Positions 19,624-29,069 of a stretch of 64,000 nucleotides of DNA are shown one piece after another (position 1 is the stretch's first letter; each line of letters starts with the position of its first letter). The DNA is from Candidatus Micrarchaeota archaeon (GTDB lineage Archaea > Micrarchaeota > Micrarchaeia > Norongarragalinales > SBBD01). Where the stretch lies: the NCBI GenBank assembly GCA_018819225.1, contig JAHJQN010000007.1, positions 96,001 through 160,000 on the forward strand, written 5' to 3'. The notes below the pieces were generated by a model. It did no database searches. It was not told the DNA's origin and saw nothing but the letters and a program-made list of their open reading frames with translations. Position numbers and translations under genes: made by a program.

Positions 19624-19800
19624 GAGACGTCTACCGCTAATGCTGTTAGACACGATAAGCAGCGGAAACGTTTCAGCCCCTTAATGTTAATAAGCTTATT
19701 CTTATCGAGAAGCGAGAAAATTGAAAGAAACCGAGCAGTTTGCCCGGCGGATCTCCATTGCCGGTCATTATTTTAATAAACTGTTCGAGACCCGTTTTAT

Positions 19801-20376
19801 TTAGAACAAGGGGACTTTTTGCATGATGCCCAGCAGGATCAACACGAACAATATCACGGCCGACGGAATGAACAATGACGCGAATGCCTTCGGTGTGCTT
19901 AAGCGGTGCACTTCCTCCAGCATGCGAATGTTCACGTACGCATAATACAACAGTATTCCGATTCCGATCAACCAACCGATTCCCGGAAAGAGCTTGACCA
20001 GATAGTATAATATCAGGACGGGGGCCAGGATGATCGCATTCAAATAATATTGTTCCGCGAATTTTCCTTTTCCTCCGAACGCTTTCGCGAACAAGTAGTT
20101 CAATGAAACGAGCAGCACCACGGCAAGAAACGCGGAAGCCGCGTTGATCACGATGAACAGGAAGATCGTAGATAGGTCCATGGGCTTTACTTTCGGAGAC
20201 ACGCCCGGAAGAATTTTGAACGTGAACGCAAACAATGCGCTGAAGATGAGCGCGCCCATCATCAAATGCTTGTGTCCTTCCTCGTAGGTCGCGTGCTTTT
20301 TCTGACGGGAAAACAAGTGTTTTGGGTCCGAGAGCACTTCCGCCCACAAGTCCAAGCGCTCCGCCATTTTTGACAT
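19801..20376 (-). CDS. Yip1-domain membrane protein
   Basis: VLSDP N-terminal motif, FGGKGKF, five hydrophobic segments, VHRLSTPKA. Confidence 0.75.
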   Translation of the reverse strand: MSKMAERLDLWAEVLSDPKHLFSRQKKHATYEEGHKHLMMGALIFSALFAFTFKILPGVSPKVKPMDLSTIFLFIVINAASAFLAVVLLVSLNYLFAKAFGGKGKFAEQYYLNAIILAPVLILYYLVKLFPGIGWLIGIGILLYYAYVNIRMLEEVHRLSTPKAFASLFIPSAVILFVLILLGIMQKVPLF

Positions 20377-20465
20377 GGAGAGCTGTATTCATTCACCCAA
20401 TAAAAACCTTGTCGTTGCGTTCAAGAGAAAGCCTTTAAATAACGGACGCGCTCTTTGAATGCGGG

Positions 20466-21032
20466 GTGTTTCAAGTGCCGGAGTTACTGCTTTACGTTCC
20501 CGTTGCGCTCATCGTACTCGTTGCTATCGTATTCATCTGGATTTACAACGGCTTGGTGACGTTGCGCAACCGCATCGAGAACGCGTGGAGCCAAATCGAC
20601 GTGCAGCTGAAGAAGCGGACGGACTTGATTCCTAATCTCGTGGAAACCGTGAAAGGGTATGCGAAACACGAACGCGAGACGTTCGAACGCATTACGGATG
20701 CCCGAGCCGCAACGGTGAACGCGAAATCGGTTCGCGAGAAAGCAGTCGCCGATAACCTGCTGTCTGGAGCGCTCAAGAGCTTGTTTGCCGTTTCTGAAAA
20801 CTATCCGGATTTGAAGGCGAACCAAAACTTTCTCCAATTGCAGGAAGAGCTTTCGGGCGTGGAGAGCAAAATTGCCTATGCCCGACAATTCTATAACGAT
20901 TCCGTTCTCGCTTTCAACACGAAGATTCAGGTGTTTCCCTCCAATCTCGTGGCCGGCATGCTGGGCTTCCTGAAGAACGATTACTTCCGAGTGGAAGGCA
21001 AGGAGCGCGAGAACGTCCAAGTCAGGTTTTAA
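20466..21032 (+). CDS. lemA: LemA family protein
   Basis: YNGLV..RNRIENAWSQIDVQLKKR.DLIPNLVETVKGY, ENYPDLKANQNF. Confidence 0.95.
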   Translation: MFQVPELLLYVPVALIVLVAIVFIWIYNGLVTLRNRIENAWSQIDVQLKKRTDLIPNLVETVKGYAKHERETFERITDARAATVNAKSVREKAVADNLLSGALKSLFAVSENYPDLKANQNFLQLQEELSGVESKIAYARQFYNDSVLAFNTKIQVFPSNLVAGMLGFLKNDYFRVEGKERENVQVRF

Positions 21033-21131
21033 TGACGCGTTCTTCGTGCGGTATTGGGACGCTCATTCGGTAGGCGTTCAATCGAAAGCCATATATAGCT
21101 GAATTTCGAGGTATACTTGCGTGCTCATTTT

Positions 21132-21515
21132 ATGAACGCCGACCACTTGGACTTATTATTAGCCTTCATCCTTCGTGAGAAGCGCTTCCTGAAAAAACGG
21201 GAAACGAGTTTCACGGACCAGGAGCTCCGCGACGGAGAACAGTTGCTTAAGCGTGCGCTCAAGGTCATGACGGCCAAAAAGCTCACGGATGAGGAACTCA
21301 GGGCACTCGCTGTCAATGAGAATAAGGCCAAGCGAATGGTTTTAGATCTTCGCAAGCGCGTCAAGAGCCTGTCTCCCAAACAGCTCCTTATTATTGTTCA
21401 AAACTATGAGCTCGTCTATTCGGTCATTGAGAAGAAACACAAGGAGCACAAAATCGTGATCGAGTCATTAAAGGGAGACCGATTCTACAATCCGCGTCGC
21501 CGGGTTTACGCGTAA
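21132..21515 (+). CDS. Hypothetical helical protein
   Basis: ORF follows TATA-like AAAGCCATATATA; start uncertain (21117 or 21132). Confidence 0.6.
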   Translation: MNADHLDLLLAFILREKRFLKKRETSFTDQELRDGEQLLKRALKVMTAKKLTDEELRALAVNENKAKRMVLDLRKRVKSLSPKQLLIIVQNYELVYSVIEKKHKEHKIVIESLKGDRFYNPRRRVYA

Positions 21516-21525
21516 CGTGCATTGC

Positions 21526-21855
21526 ATGACGGAAACGGTTTCTTTTTCAGATTTTGCGAAGCTCGAGCTCCGCATCGGCAAGATCATGGCCGTGGAGCCC
21601 GTAGAGGGAACGGACAAGCTCTACAAGCTGTCGGTGCGTCTCGGTGAGGAAACGCGGACTCTCGTAGCCGGTCTCGCCGAATCGTATGCCGCGGACGAGC
21701 TCATGGGCATGAAAATCGTAGTGGTCGCCAATCTCGAGCCCAAATCGTTGAAAGGCATTGAGTCCCAAGGCATGTTGCTGGCAGCCGATGAAAACGGAAC
21801 GCCGGTTCTCCTGACCCCCGAAAAAGACGTCTCCGACGGAACCCCGATCCGTTAA
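21526..21855 (+). CDS. tRNA-binding OB-fold protein (MetRS C-terminal / Trbp111 / CsaA family)
   Basis: DFAKLELRIGKI, VVANLEPK..GIESQGMLLA. Confidence 0.9.
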   Translation: MTETVSFSDFAKLELRIGKIMAVEPVEGTDKLYKLSVRLGEETRTLVAGLAESYAADELMGMKIVVVANLEPKSLKGIESQGMLLAADENGTPVLLTPEKDVSDGTPIR

Positions 21856-21856
21856 T

Positions 21857-21872
21857 TACTCTTTTTCGAGTA
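21857..21872. promoter_or_regulatory. Putative TrmB-type operator upstream of the ECF operon
   Basis: TACT-CTTTTTC-GAGTA inverted repeat matches the haloarchaeal TrmB motif TACT-N7-8-GAGTA. Confidence 0.4.
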
Positions 21873-21916
21873 TTTACTCTTTTTTAAGAACTTTTATAAA
21901 TTCAGGGCGCGTACGT

Positions 21917-22720
21917 TTGGGTATGCGCACTTATGCACTCGTGGCCGCTGCATTGCTTGCGGCCATCGGCATGCTGTTTCAATTCGCCAATTCCATTATC
22001 GGTATTCCAACGGGTTTTGGCATGACGATCGATCTCGTTGCCGTTCCCGTGCTCCTCGCGTTTTTTGTGCTGGGTTACGAAGTCGCCTTATACGTTCTCG
22101 TTCTTTTGGCGCTCCTCATCACGTTCGCTTCGCCGACCTCTTTCGTGGGCGCGATCATGAAGTTTTCTGCCACGCTTCCCATGTTCTTTATCCCTACTTT
22201 GTATCTCATGGCCCGCAAGCGGGGATTCGATGCCGTCAAGCTATTCGGTATTCTCGTGCTCGCCGTCATCCTGTTAGGCGTCCTATTTGCCTTAGGCGGC
22301 TATTCGTACGCGTTTTCGGAGACGCTATTTGAGAATGCGTTGCTGATCGGCGTTCTGCCGTTCCTCGTACTCGTCGCGTTCTCGTATTTCCTGCTGCATA
22401 TCTGGAAGCGCTATGGCGCCGATTTAACCCTTTCTTCTCTAGCGTCCTGGAAGAGCGCGCTATTCGTTCTCGCCCTCGCCCTATTGTTGCGCGGCATCTT
22501 GATGATTTTCACGAACTTCTATTTCGCCGGACCCCTTTTCTTCAAGATTTCTCCTCAAGAATTCACGTCGTTTGTCGAATCCGTTCCCCTCCCGTTTTTA
22601 GGGTCCAACTCGTGGTATTTCGTCGTGTTCTTCTGGAATGCCTTGCAGGGCGCGATGGAGTTTACTATCGCATGGCTCATTGCATTCCGCTTCGGTTTCG
22701 CCCGAAAATACGGTGCGTGA
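21917..22720 (+). CDS. ECF transporter substrate-binding (S) component
   Basis: Polytopic membrane protein with IDLVAVPVLLAFF motif; operon with ECF ATPase and T component. Confidence 0.75.
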   Translation: MGMRTYALVAAALLAAIGMLFQFANSIIGIPTGFGMTIDLVAVPVLLAFFVLGYEVALYVLVLLALLITFASPTSFVGAIMKFSATLPMFFIPTLYLMARKRGFDAVKLFGILVLAVILLGVLFALGGYSYAFSETLFENALLIGVLPFLVLVAFSYFLLHIWKRYGADLTLSSLASWKSALFVLALALLLRGILMIFTNFYFAGPLFFKISPQEFTSFVESVPLPFLGSNSWYFVVFFWNALQGAMEFTIAWLIAFRFGFARKYGA

Positions 22721-22721
22721 C

Positions 22722-23465
22722 ATGCCGCTTCTTTCCTTCGAGCAATTCAGCCTACGCTTCGGTTCCCAACTCGTTTTGAACGAGATCTCCCTCTCCATAG
22801 AAAAAGGGGAATTCATTGGGTTAATGGGAGGCATCGGCTCCGGCAAAACCTCGTTCTTGTTAAGCATTAACGGGGTCATTCCCAAACTGGTTCCAGCTCA
22901 AACGCAGGGGCGCGTGATGCTTTCCGGAAAAGAGGTTTCCAAGCACTCGGTTCAGTCATTAAGCCGCGACGTGGCCATGGTATTCCAGAATCCGTCTGAT
23001 CAACTCTTTTCCCTCACGGTCGAAGATGAAGTCGCATTCGGGCTACGCAACCAGCACCTCCCCCAAAACGTGATTACCGAGCGCGTTACTCATGCATTGA
23101 ATGACGTCGGCCTCTCCGCGTTTACCGCTCGCGATCCCTCTTCGCTTTCCCACGGTCAAAAACAAAAAGTCGCCATTGCCAGCGCGCTGGCGCTTCAAAC
23201 CCCTCTAATCGTTCTCGATGAACCCACCTCCAATCTCGATTTTTCCAGCAGCGTCGCCCTATATACCCTGCTGGAAAAACTCCATGCGGATGGGAATTCC
23301 ATTCTCGTCGTAGACCACGACACCGACCTTCTTTCACGATACGCGAAACGCTTCATCGTATTATACGGGCAGCGCGTTATTGCGGATGGCGATCCATCTG
23401 TTTTTATTAACGGAGCAGCGGAACGCGCGGGATTAAAGGTTCCGTGCCGTATGCGAGGCGAATAA
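22722..23465 (+). CDS. ECF transporter ATPase (EcfA/CbiO family)
   Basis: GGIGSGKT, VFQNPSDQ, LSHGQKQKV, LDEPT. Confidence 0.92.
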   Translation: MPLLSFEQFSLRFGSQLVLNEISLSIEKGEFIGLMGGIGSGKTSFLLSINGVIPKLVPAQTQGRVMLSGKEVSKHSVQSLSRDVAMVFQNPSDQLFSLTVEDEVAFGLRNQHLPQNVITERVTHALNDVGLSAFTARDPSSLSHGQKQKVAIASALALQTPLIVLDEPTSNLDFSSSVALYTLLEKLHADGNSILVVDHDTDLLSRYAKRFIVLYGQRVIADGDPSVFINGAAERAGLKVPCRMRGE

Positions 23466-23466
23466 C

Positions 23467-24024
23467 ATGGCCGACTCGCCTCTTCACAAACTTTCTGCGG
23501 TTTACGCGCTCCCTGCATTCGTTCTCCTCACCATCTCATTAGTGCTCTTCCCCCTAGAATACGCGCTCGCATTTCTCGCTTTACTTATCCCGCTCTATTG
23601 GATTTCCCACCTTTCCCTCTTTCAAACGCTTTCCCATCATCGCTTCCTCCTTGTTTTCGCTATCGTCGCTTTTCTTTTCCGTTTAATTCTTACGGGGCAA
23701 TGGCCGGAATCCGTGCTAAGCGCACTCTATTTGACGGATCTCTTCCTCTTATCCCTCCTCTTCTGGTTCACCACGACGCCGGCTCAGTTGCGCGATGCCC
23801 TGCACTTCTATCGAGTCCCCCGTTCTCTCACGTTTATGTTCCTCCTCGCTTTTTCCGCTCTCCCATTACTTCAACAGCAATTGCAACGCGTGCGAATCGC
23901 GCAAGCCTCTCGCGGAAACACGCGCGCCGTTTTCCCCTTACTTCTTCCATTACTTCACTCCGTATTCGATCGCTCGCGGAAACTCGCCATATCGTTGGAA
24001 AGCCGGGGTTTCCAGCCCGAATAG
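23467..24024 (+). CDS. ECF transporter transmembrane (T) component
   Basis: TTTPAQL, AQASRG and LESRGF motifs. Confidence 0.88.
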   Translation: MADSPLHKLSAVYALPAFVLLTISLVLFPLEYALAFLALLIPLYWISHLSLFQTLSHHRFLLVFAIVAFLFRLILTGQWPESVLSALYLTDLFLLSLLFWFTTTPAQLRDALHFYRVPRSLTFMFLLAFSALPLLQQQLQRVRIAQASRGNTRAVFPLLLPLLHSVFDRSRKLAISLESRGFQPE

Positions 24025-24403
24025 TTAGCTTTTAATTCCGCTAACGAGAAACGCATCCATGCGCCCATTCCTCATCCTATTATGGTCCGCGGCTCTAATG
24101 GGCTGGTCTCTCCCAACCCGCTCCAGCTCCCGCATCGCGTCCGGCAGGGATCGATTATACCGCCATTCTTCCGGGTACAACGTGCGATGCCAATACTCCT
24201 TGTCCCGAATCCCGCGAATGCATTTCCATTTCCTCGTTGGATCCCGTATACCGGCATCCCGTATGCATTCAATCCCCTACGCCGATTACGTTCAATGCCC
24301 CGTGGGTAAAACAATGGTCGCCGAAAAGTCCCTTCCCATCCAATTGAGCTGCATCTAGCGCTCGCGCAAAAGCCTCTTATTGCTTTACCTTCCCATACTT
24401 ATC

Positions 24404-25057
24404 ATGCATTCCCCGCATCCCGGAGTTTATCGTGTCAACGGCCGGTTAGCTACTTGCAATCTGGCTCCCGGTCACAAAGTATACGGAGAGGACCTCGTCA
24501 AGCAAAACGGTAAGGAATTGCGGTCGTGGGACGCAAAACGCAGCAAGCTGGCCGCGGCTCTCGTAAACGGACTGCGTCTTTTTCCGTTCCAGGACGGGGC
24601 GCGCATCCTCTACTTAGGCGCCGCTTCCGGCACCACTCCTTCTCATGTCAGCGATCTCGTGGGGAAAAAAGGGGTCGTGTATTGCGTCGAGTTTTCGGCT
24701 ACGGTCGCGCGGGACTTGATTGCGGTCTGCGAAACGCGCGAGAACATGCTGCCTATCGTGGATGACGCTCGTTTTCCCGAACGCTATTCCGACGTCGGAG
24801 AAGTGGACGTGATTTATGAGGATGTGGCGGATCGCGAACAAGTATTGATTCTGGAAGAGAACGCCAAACGATTCCTGAAGGACGGCGGGCTGGCATTTTT
24901 TGCCGTAAAATCGCGCTCCATTGATTCCACGCGTCCTCCCAAACAAGTCTATTCCGAAGTCATTACGCGTTTGCTGCGCTCTTTCGATGTTCTGGAGAAA
25001 ATCCGCATCGATCCGTTCCATCGCGACCACTTGTTCTTAGTGCTTCGCAAGCGGTAG
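24404..25057 (+). CDS. flpA: Fibrillarin-like rRNA/tRNA 2'-O-methyltransferase
   Basis: VYGE, RSKLAAA, LYLGAASGTTPSHVSD, PFHRDH. Confidence 0.95.
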   Translation: MHSPHPGVYRVNGRLATCNLAPGHKVYGEDLVKQNGKELRSWDAKRSKLAAALVNGLRLFPFQDGARILYLGAASGTTPSHVSDLVGKKGVVYCVEFSATVARDLIAVCETRENMLPIVDDARFPERYSDVGEVDVIYEDVADREQVLILEENAKRFLKDGGLAFFAVKSRSIDSTRPPKQVYSEVITRLLRSFDVLEKIRIDPFHRDHLFLVLRKR

Positions 25058-25111
25058 TCTGCGATGTAATGGCGCAACGCTTTTATTCCGGTTTCGCTTA
25101 GAGCAAACGAA

Positions 25112-25198
25112 ATGGCTTCTAAAAGCAAGATGTCTGCCAACGATTGGGCGTTCATCGTCATTCTCATATCAACGCTTTACGTGCTATTCGCTCATTAG
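25112..25198 (+). CDS. 28-aa single-TM micro-protein (absent from the ORF track)
   Basis: MASKSKMSANDWAFIVILISTLYVLFAH; TATA-like AACGCTTTTATT about 30 nt upstream. Confidence 0.5.
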   Translation: MASKSKMSANDWAFIVILISTLYVLFAH

Positions 25199-25224
25199 GC
25201 AGCCCGTTCCAGTTTCATGCACGC

Positions 25225-26004
25225 CTATTTTTTCGCCAGCGTGAGTTCTTTCAGCGTGCTCGAGATGTGCGGGTTCTTGATCCACAAGCCCACTTCATCT
25301 TCCGGGAGCGTGTGATCGTTCGTCAAGAACAGCATCGCTTCGTCGTCCGTCAATATCATGCGCGTTGGCACGTGCCGATCCATTAAGGTCGTCACAATCT
25401 TACTGACATGGGAATTCGGTGAATGTAGTGCGTGTCGTTTATCTAGGAGTTTCGAGATCGGGGACAACACGTGCACTTTCACGCCTCGGTTCTTCGCTTT
25501 CTCGAAGTGCGGTAAGTTGTCATTGATTTTTCGGGCAATATTGTCGGGAGGCGAGCTCAAGATCACGTGGTGCTTGCTGCGGTCCACCATTTGCGCGAGC
25601 CTTGAATAAATCGCGTTTCGGCCGCGCAACGTCCACACGTTTTCCTCGATATTATAGCGTTTACTGGTTCCAGACGTGCTCAACTGTTTCGCAAGTCTCC
25701 CACTCATCTCATCGATTTTGCTAATTTCATCCATCAAGCGATCTTCTTTATGCTTTTTGAGCGTCGTGATGGCCTCTTCCAACGGCATGGCCGCGTATTT
25801 CACGGGCCTTCCGCTTTTAAGCGATGCAAATCCCTTCTGCTGGAGCTTGTCTAGCACATCATATACGCGCGGTCTTGCGATGTTGCCTATATCGGCAACC
25901 TCGCCTGCGGATTTTGGGCCGCCTTGAGTCAAGGCCAAGTAGGCCTGTGCTTCGTATTGGTTAAGCCCCAACGTGCGAAGTTGTCCAACTAGTTCCGTAT
26001 TCAT
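25225..26004 (-). CDS. TrmB-family transcriptional regulator
   Basis: LGLNQYEAQAYLAL..IARPRVYDVLDKLQQKGF..GRPVKY plus effector-binding domain. Confidence 0.92.
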   Translation of the reverse strand: MNTELVGQLRTLGLNQYEAQAYLALTQGGPKSAGEVADIGNIARPRVYDVLDKLQQKGFASLKSGRPVKYAAMPLEEAITTLKKHKEDRLMDEISKIDEMSGRLAKQLSTSGTSKRYNIEENVWTLRGRNAIYSRLAQMVDRSKHHVILSSPPDNIARKINDNLPHFEKAKNRGVKVHVLSPISKLLDKRHALHSPNSHVSKIVTTLMDRHVPTRMILTDDEAMLFLTNDHTLPEDEVGLWIKNPHISSTLKELTLAKK

Positions 26005-26123
26005 AGCTTCACTAGTCGTCACTGCGGAGTGGTTTTTAAAGCTTTCTTTAATGGGGGCCTGATCCATTGTGATCCCGTTTTAACTCGCTTTTGACTATGC
26101 CTTTCCACCTATATAAATGTATC

Positions 26124-26138
26124 TACTATGTGATAGTA
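26124..26138. promoter_or_regulatory. Palindromic operator between trmB and the divergent surface-protein gene
   Basis: TACTAT-GTG-ATAGTA perfect inverted repeat between two TATA-like elements. Confidence 0.45.
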
Positions 26139-26214
26139 ACATCTACAAAAAGCTTATATATTAGCTATTCCATATTGTTACTACTCTGTAATTGCGATAT
26201 TGGTGGTCGATTTC

Positions 26215-27897
26215 ATGGACAAACATCTGCGTCATGCGGCTCTGGGTCTATTGGTATTGCTGATTGCCGCCTATTCCGCAACCGCTTTAGAGATCAAGGC
26301 CTCCAGCGATTTGATCTACCTTTCTTCAACGGAAGGTCAAGCCTATGTTTACGCCACGAATCCGTTCGATGAACCGGCTACGATCAGTTTCTCCGCCACG
26401 AGCTCGTATCTAAACGCTTACTTTGACGCGCATACCACGCGCGTTCTCTCCGGCGCTTCTTCAGGTGCGCTATTGAATGTCCGCTCTCCGGATTGTTTCC
26501 GTGGAAACGATGTCGTGCGCGTATACGCACAAGTCTGCACCGACCGCGAATGCCGAAGCGATTCCACGACCATTCGCGTCACCGTAACGCCCGCACGCGC
26601 CTGCGATGCCTACGTTGAAGGCCTGGCGCCACAAGAGAGCTACGTTCCCCACACGCTTTGCGATGAAGACGGCTGCCGTTACTTGGTGCCGAAACCCCGC
26701 AGCAAGATCATTGAATCGACCTCGTTCGAACCCACGGAATACTCGGTCAGCATCCGCGACGCCGACGAATGTTTTTCCGTAAAACGCGGAACCGTCGAAT
26801 CCGTTCAACTCCAATTACGCAATCGCGGGGCTGCCGGAAGTTTTGATGTCCGCGCGCTCGGAGTCGACACGCAAATTTATGCCTCCCCGAATCGCGACTA
26901 CATTTCGCTATCGCGTTCTGGCGTTGATTCACTTCGCCTGGATCTGAAAGCCCTTCCCGATGCGGAAGAAGGCCGTCACTTCATTACCTTGCAATTGTTA
27001 CATCGCGCGGACCTCGTTGCCGAGACCGATCTCTGCATTAATCTGGTGGATGATCACGCGAGTCGCTTGTCGGCTCCTGAATCCGCGCTTGTCGATCCCA
27101 ATACGGAAACCCTTGTTGACGTAGAACTCGAGAATCTGGGAACCTACCGCGAGGGCTACCATATCATGCTCTTAGGCGTTCCGGGCGGCATTAACGTGGC
27201 CCCTCAAGGATTCTTCCTCGAACCCGGCGAAGTCCAAGAGCTATCCATCACGTTTACTCCGCGTGCCTTGAAAGCCAAGGAATCGGTTCTCGAGGTTATC
27301 GCGCTCGGCGACCATTCGGAAGCGCGCGCCAGCATTCATTTGACGCGCAAAGAAGCCGAGGTTCCCGCAACGATTTCCGAACCGTTGGAAAAGGAATCGG
27401 GGAACCAACTCTTCACGTACGCGATCATTGTCACGAACGAACTCGATGAATCATTACACGCTACTTTCGAGATCGAGGGATTGCCGGAAAACTGGAAAGC
27501 CACGCTTCCGGACGCATTTGACCTTCCTGCTAGAGGCGAAGTCGAAGTTCCCGTAGAAATCCGTTCGGGTTCCTCGGAAACCGCTCACCCCGTCTTGCTC
27601 GTCAAACGCGATGGTGAAGTCATTGGACGTCAACCCCTGCCAACTATTACGGGTTCTTCAAGCGGGCTCACGGGCTTCTTGACGATCGCGTTTTCGGAAG
27701 GCGGCCAGTTCATCGTGATCTTGCTGCTGATCGCGTTTCTCGTCATCCTCATGTTTTCGCGTCAAACCATGAATCAAGGCAGCGCGGAAAATCTGGCCAA
27801 CATCAAGAGCGAAGTCGACGGTGCTTCAACGGATCATAATTACCGTGCGGAGTTTTCTCAATCATTGCAGCGCATGAAAGACGGCATGAATCAATAA
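26215..27897 (+). CDS. Membrane-anchored surface protein with Ig-like (NEW3/CARDB-like) repeats
   Basis: Signal peptide, repeated beta-sandwich patterns (LRNRG, LENLG, VTNE..GLPENW), C-terminal TM after GLTGF. Confidence 0.65.
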   Translation: MDKHLRHAALGLLVLLIAAYSATALEIKASSDLIYLSSTEGQAYVYATNPFDEPATISFSATSSYLNAYFDAHTTRVLSGASSGALLNVRSPDCFRGNDVVRVYAQVCTDRECRSDSTTIRVTVTPARACDAYVEGLAPQESYVPHTLCDEDGCRYLVPKPRSKIIESTSFEPTEYSVSIRDADECFSVKRGTVESVQLQLRNRGAAGSFDVRALGVDTQIYASPNRDYISLSRSGVDSLRLDLKALPDAEEGRHFITLQLLHRADLVAETDLCINLVDDHASRLSAPESALVDPNTETLVDVELENLGTYREGYHIMLLGVPGGINVAPQGFFLEPGEVQELSITFTPRALKAKESVLEVIALGDHSEARASIHLTRKEAEVPATISEPLEKESGNQLFTYAIIVTNELDESLHATFEIEGLPENWKATLPDAFDLPARGEVEVPVEIRSGSSETAHPVLLVKRDGEVIGRQPLPTITGSSSGLTGFLTIAFSEGGQFIVILLLIAFLVILMFSRQTMNQGSAENLANIKSEVDGASTDHNYRAEFSQSLQRMKDGMNQ

Positions 27898-27908
27898 GGT
27901 GGTAGCCG

Positions 27909-29069
27909 ATGGTCAAAACCCACACCAAAAACGTGGTCCACAACAGCTTGTCGGACATCGAGGCCACTCTCTCCAAGAACGTAGGCGCCCATCAATTGCG
28001 CGTCCATGAACACATGTCGGACGAAGAATTCAGAACCGTTTCCCGAAAATTGACGGAAGACATCCAAACCGGATTCGACGAAGCCAAAAAGCGTGCGTTC
28101 GAGGAAGGCTTTGCCGCTGGGGTCAAGAGTCATCAATCCACGATACGCGACGGCTTGTTAACGGCCATGGCTTCAGGCGAACTCCCCCGATCCAACGTTT
28201 CCGCTCGGAGTCCTCCAGTAGCCCCTCACAACGCGGAATCGTGCGAATCCGTTCGTGACGACCTGAAACGCGTCTTTAAAACCCTCTCTGAACAAATTGA
28301 AACGCTTTCAAACGATCTACAGAAACCTGCTTCTCCTTCCGATGCGCTCGAGTCCGTGTCTTTCGAGTTGGATCAAATCAAAAAGCGAACGCTCATTCAG
28401 CAAGAGGCGTTCGAAAATCTGTTATCCGAACAACGCGATCTGACCGTCCAACAAAATGCCAAGCTGGAAACCGTTTCGCGCATGCAGGAATCGTTGGATG
28501 CCAAGCTGTACGCGCTGACGTCCACGGAACAACAACTTCAAACGCTTTCTTCGCAACTCCAGTCCCAAAGCGATTCCCTTTCCCAGCTGCAACTTCATCG
28601 CGAAGAAGTGGAACGGGCACTGGAAGGAGCGGCCAACCGTCTCGACGAACTCCAGCAACGTTCACCCTCCGCGGGCGGAGAGGATTTGGGCGGCTTGCTC
28701 GACATGGTTTCCGACAATACGACGCGCGTGAATACGTTGAAACGCCAGTTGACCCGTTTCAGCAAGAAGATTTCGCGTCACGGTGCTCACATCACACGCG
28801 TCTATAAGCTGTCTGCTCGCCGGAAACAAACGCGGAATGCCATCCGGTCCGTGCGTCGACTGGCCGAAAAGAAAGCGACCAAAAAAAAGGCCGGCCGCAA
28901 GACCCAACCGAAAACGGTATCCAAAACCATCCGAACCGTTCGCACGATCAAGCGATCCGCTCGGAAAAAAACCGTGAAACCGCTAGCGCCCGCAAAAGCC
29001 ATTCCATCCAAGAATAAGATGGTCGTTGAAAAAACGACGGTCACCAAAACAACGGCGGGTACCCCCTAG
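27909..29069 (+). CDS. Coiled-coil protein with Lys/Arg/Thr-rich tail
   Basis: Long heptad-rich Q/E/L region and a highly basic C-terminus; GGTGG RBS. Confidence 0.65.
   Translation: MVKTHTKNVVHNSLSDIEATLSKNVGAHQLRVHEHMSDEEFRTVSRKLTEDIQTGFDEAKKRAFEEGFAAGVKSHQSTIRDGLLTAMASGELPRSNVSARSPPVAPHNAESCESVRDDLKRVFKTLSEQIETLSNDLQKPASPSDALESVSFELDQIKKRTLIQQEAFENLLSEQRDLTVQQNAKLETVSRMQESLDAKLYALTSTEQQLQTLSSQLQSQSDSLSQLQLHREEVERALEGAANRLDELQQRSPSAGGEDLGGLLDMVSDNTTRVNTLKRQLTRFSKKISRHGAHITRVYKLSARRKQTRNAIRSVRRLAEKKATKKKAGRKTQPKTVSKTIRTVRTIKRSARKKTVKPLAPAKAIPSKNKMVVEKTTVTKTTAGTP

Noticed and set aside
24025-24380. RNase P or SRP RNA in the intergenic gap
   Set aside because: GAAAAGTCC only partly matches the RNase P motif and sits at the wrong end; no SRP helix 8 motif
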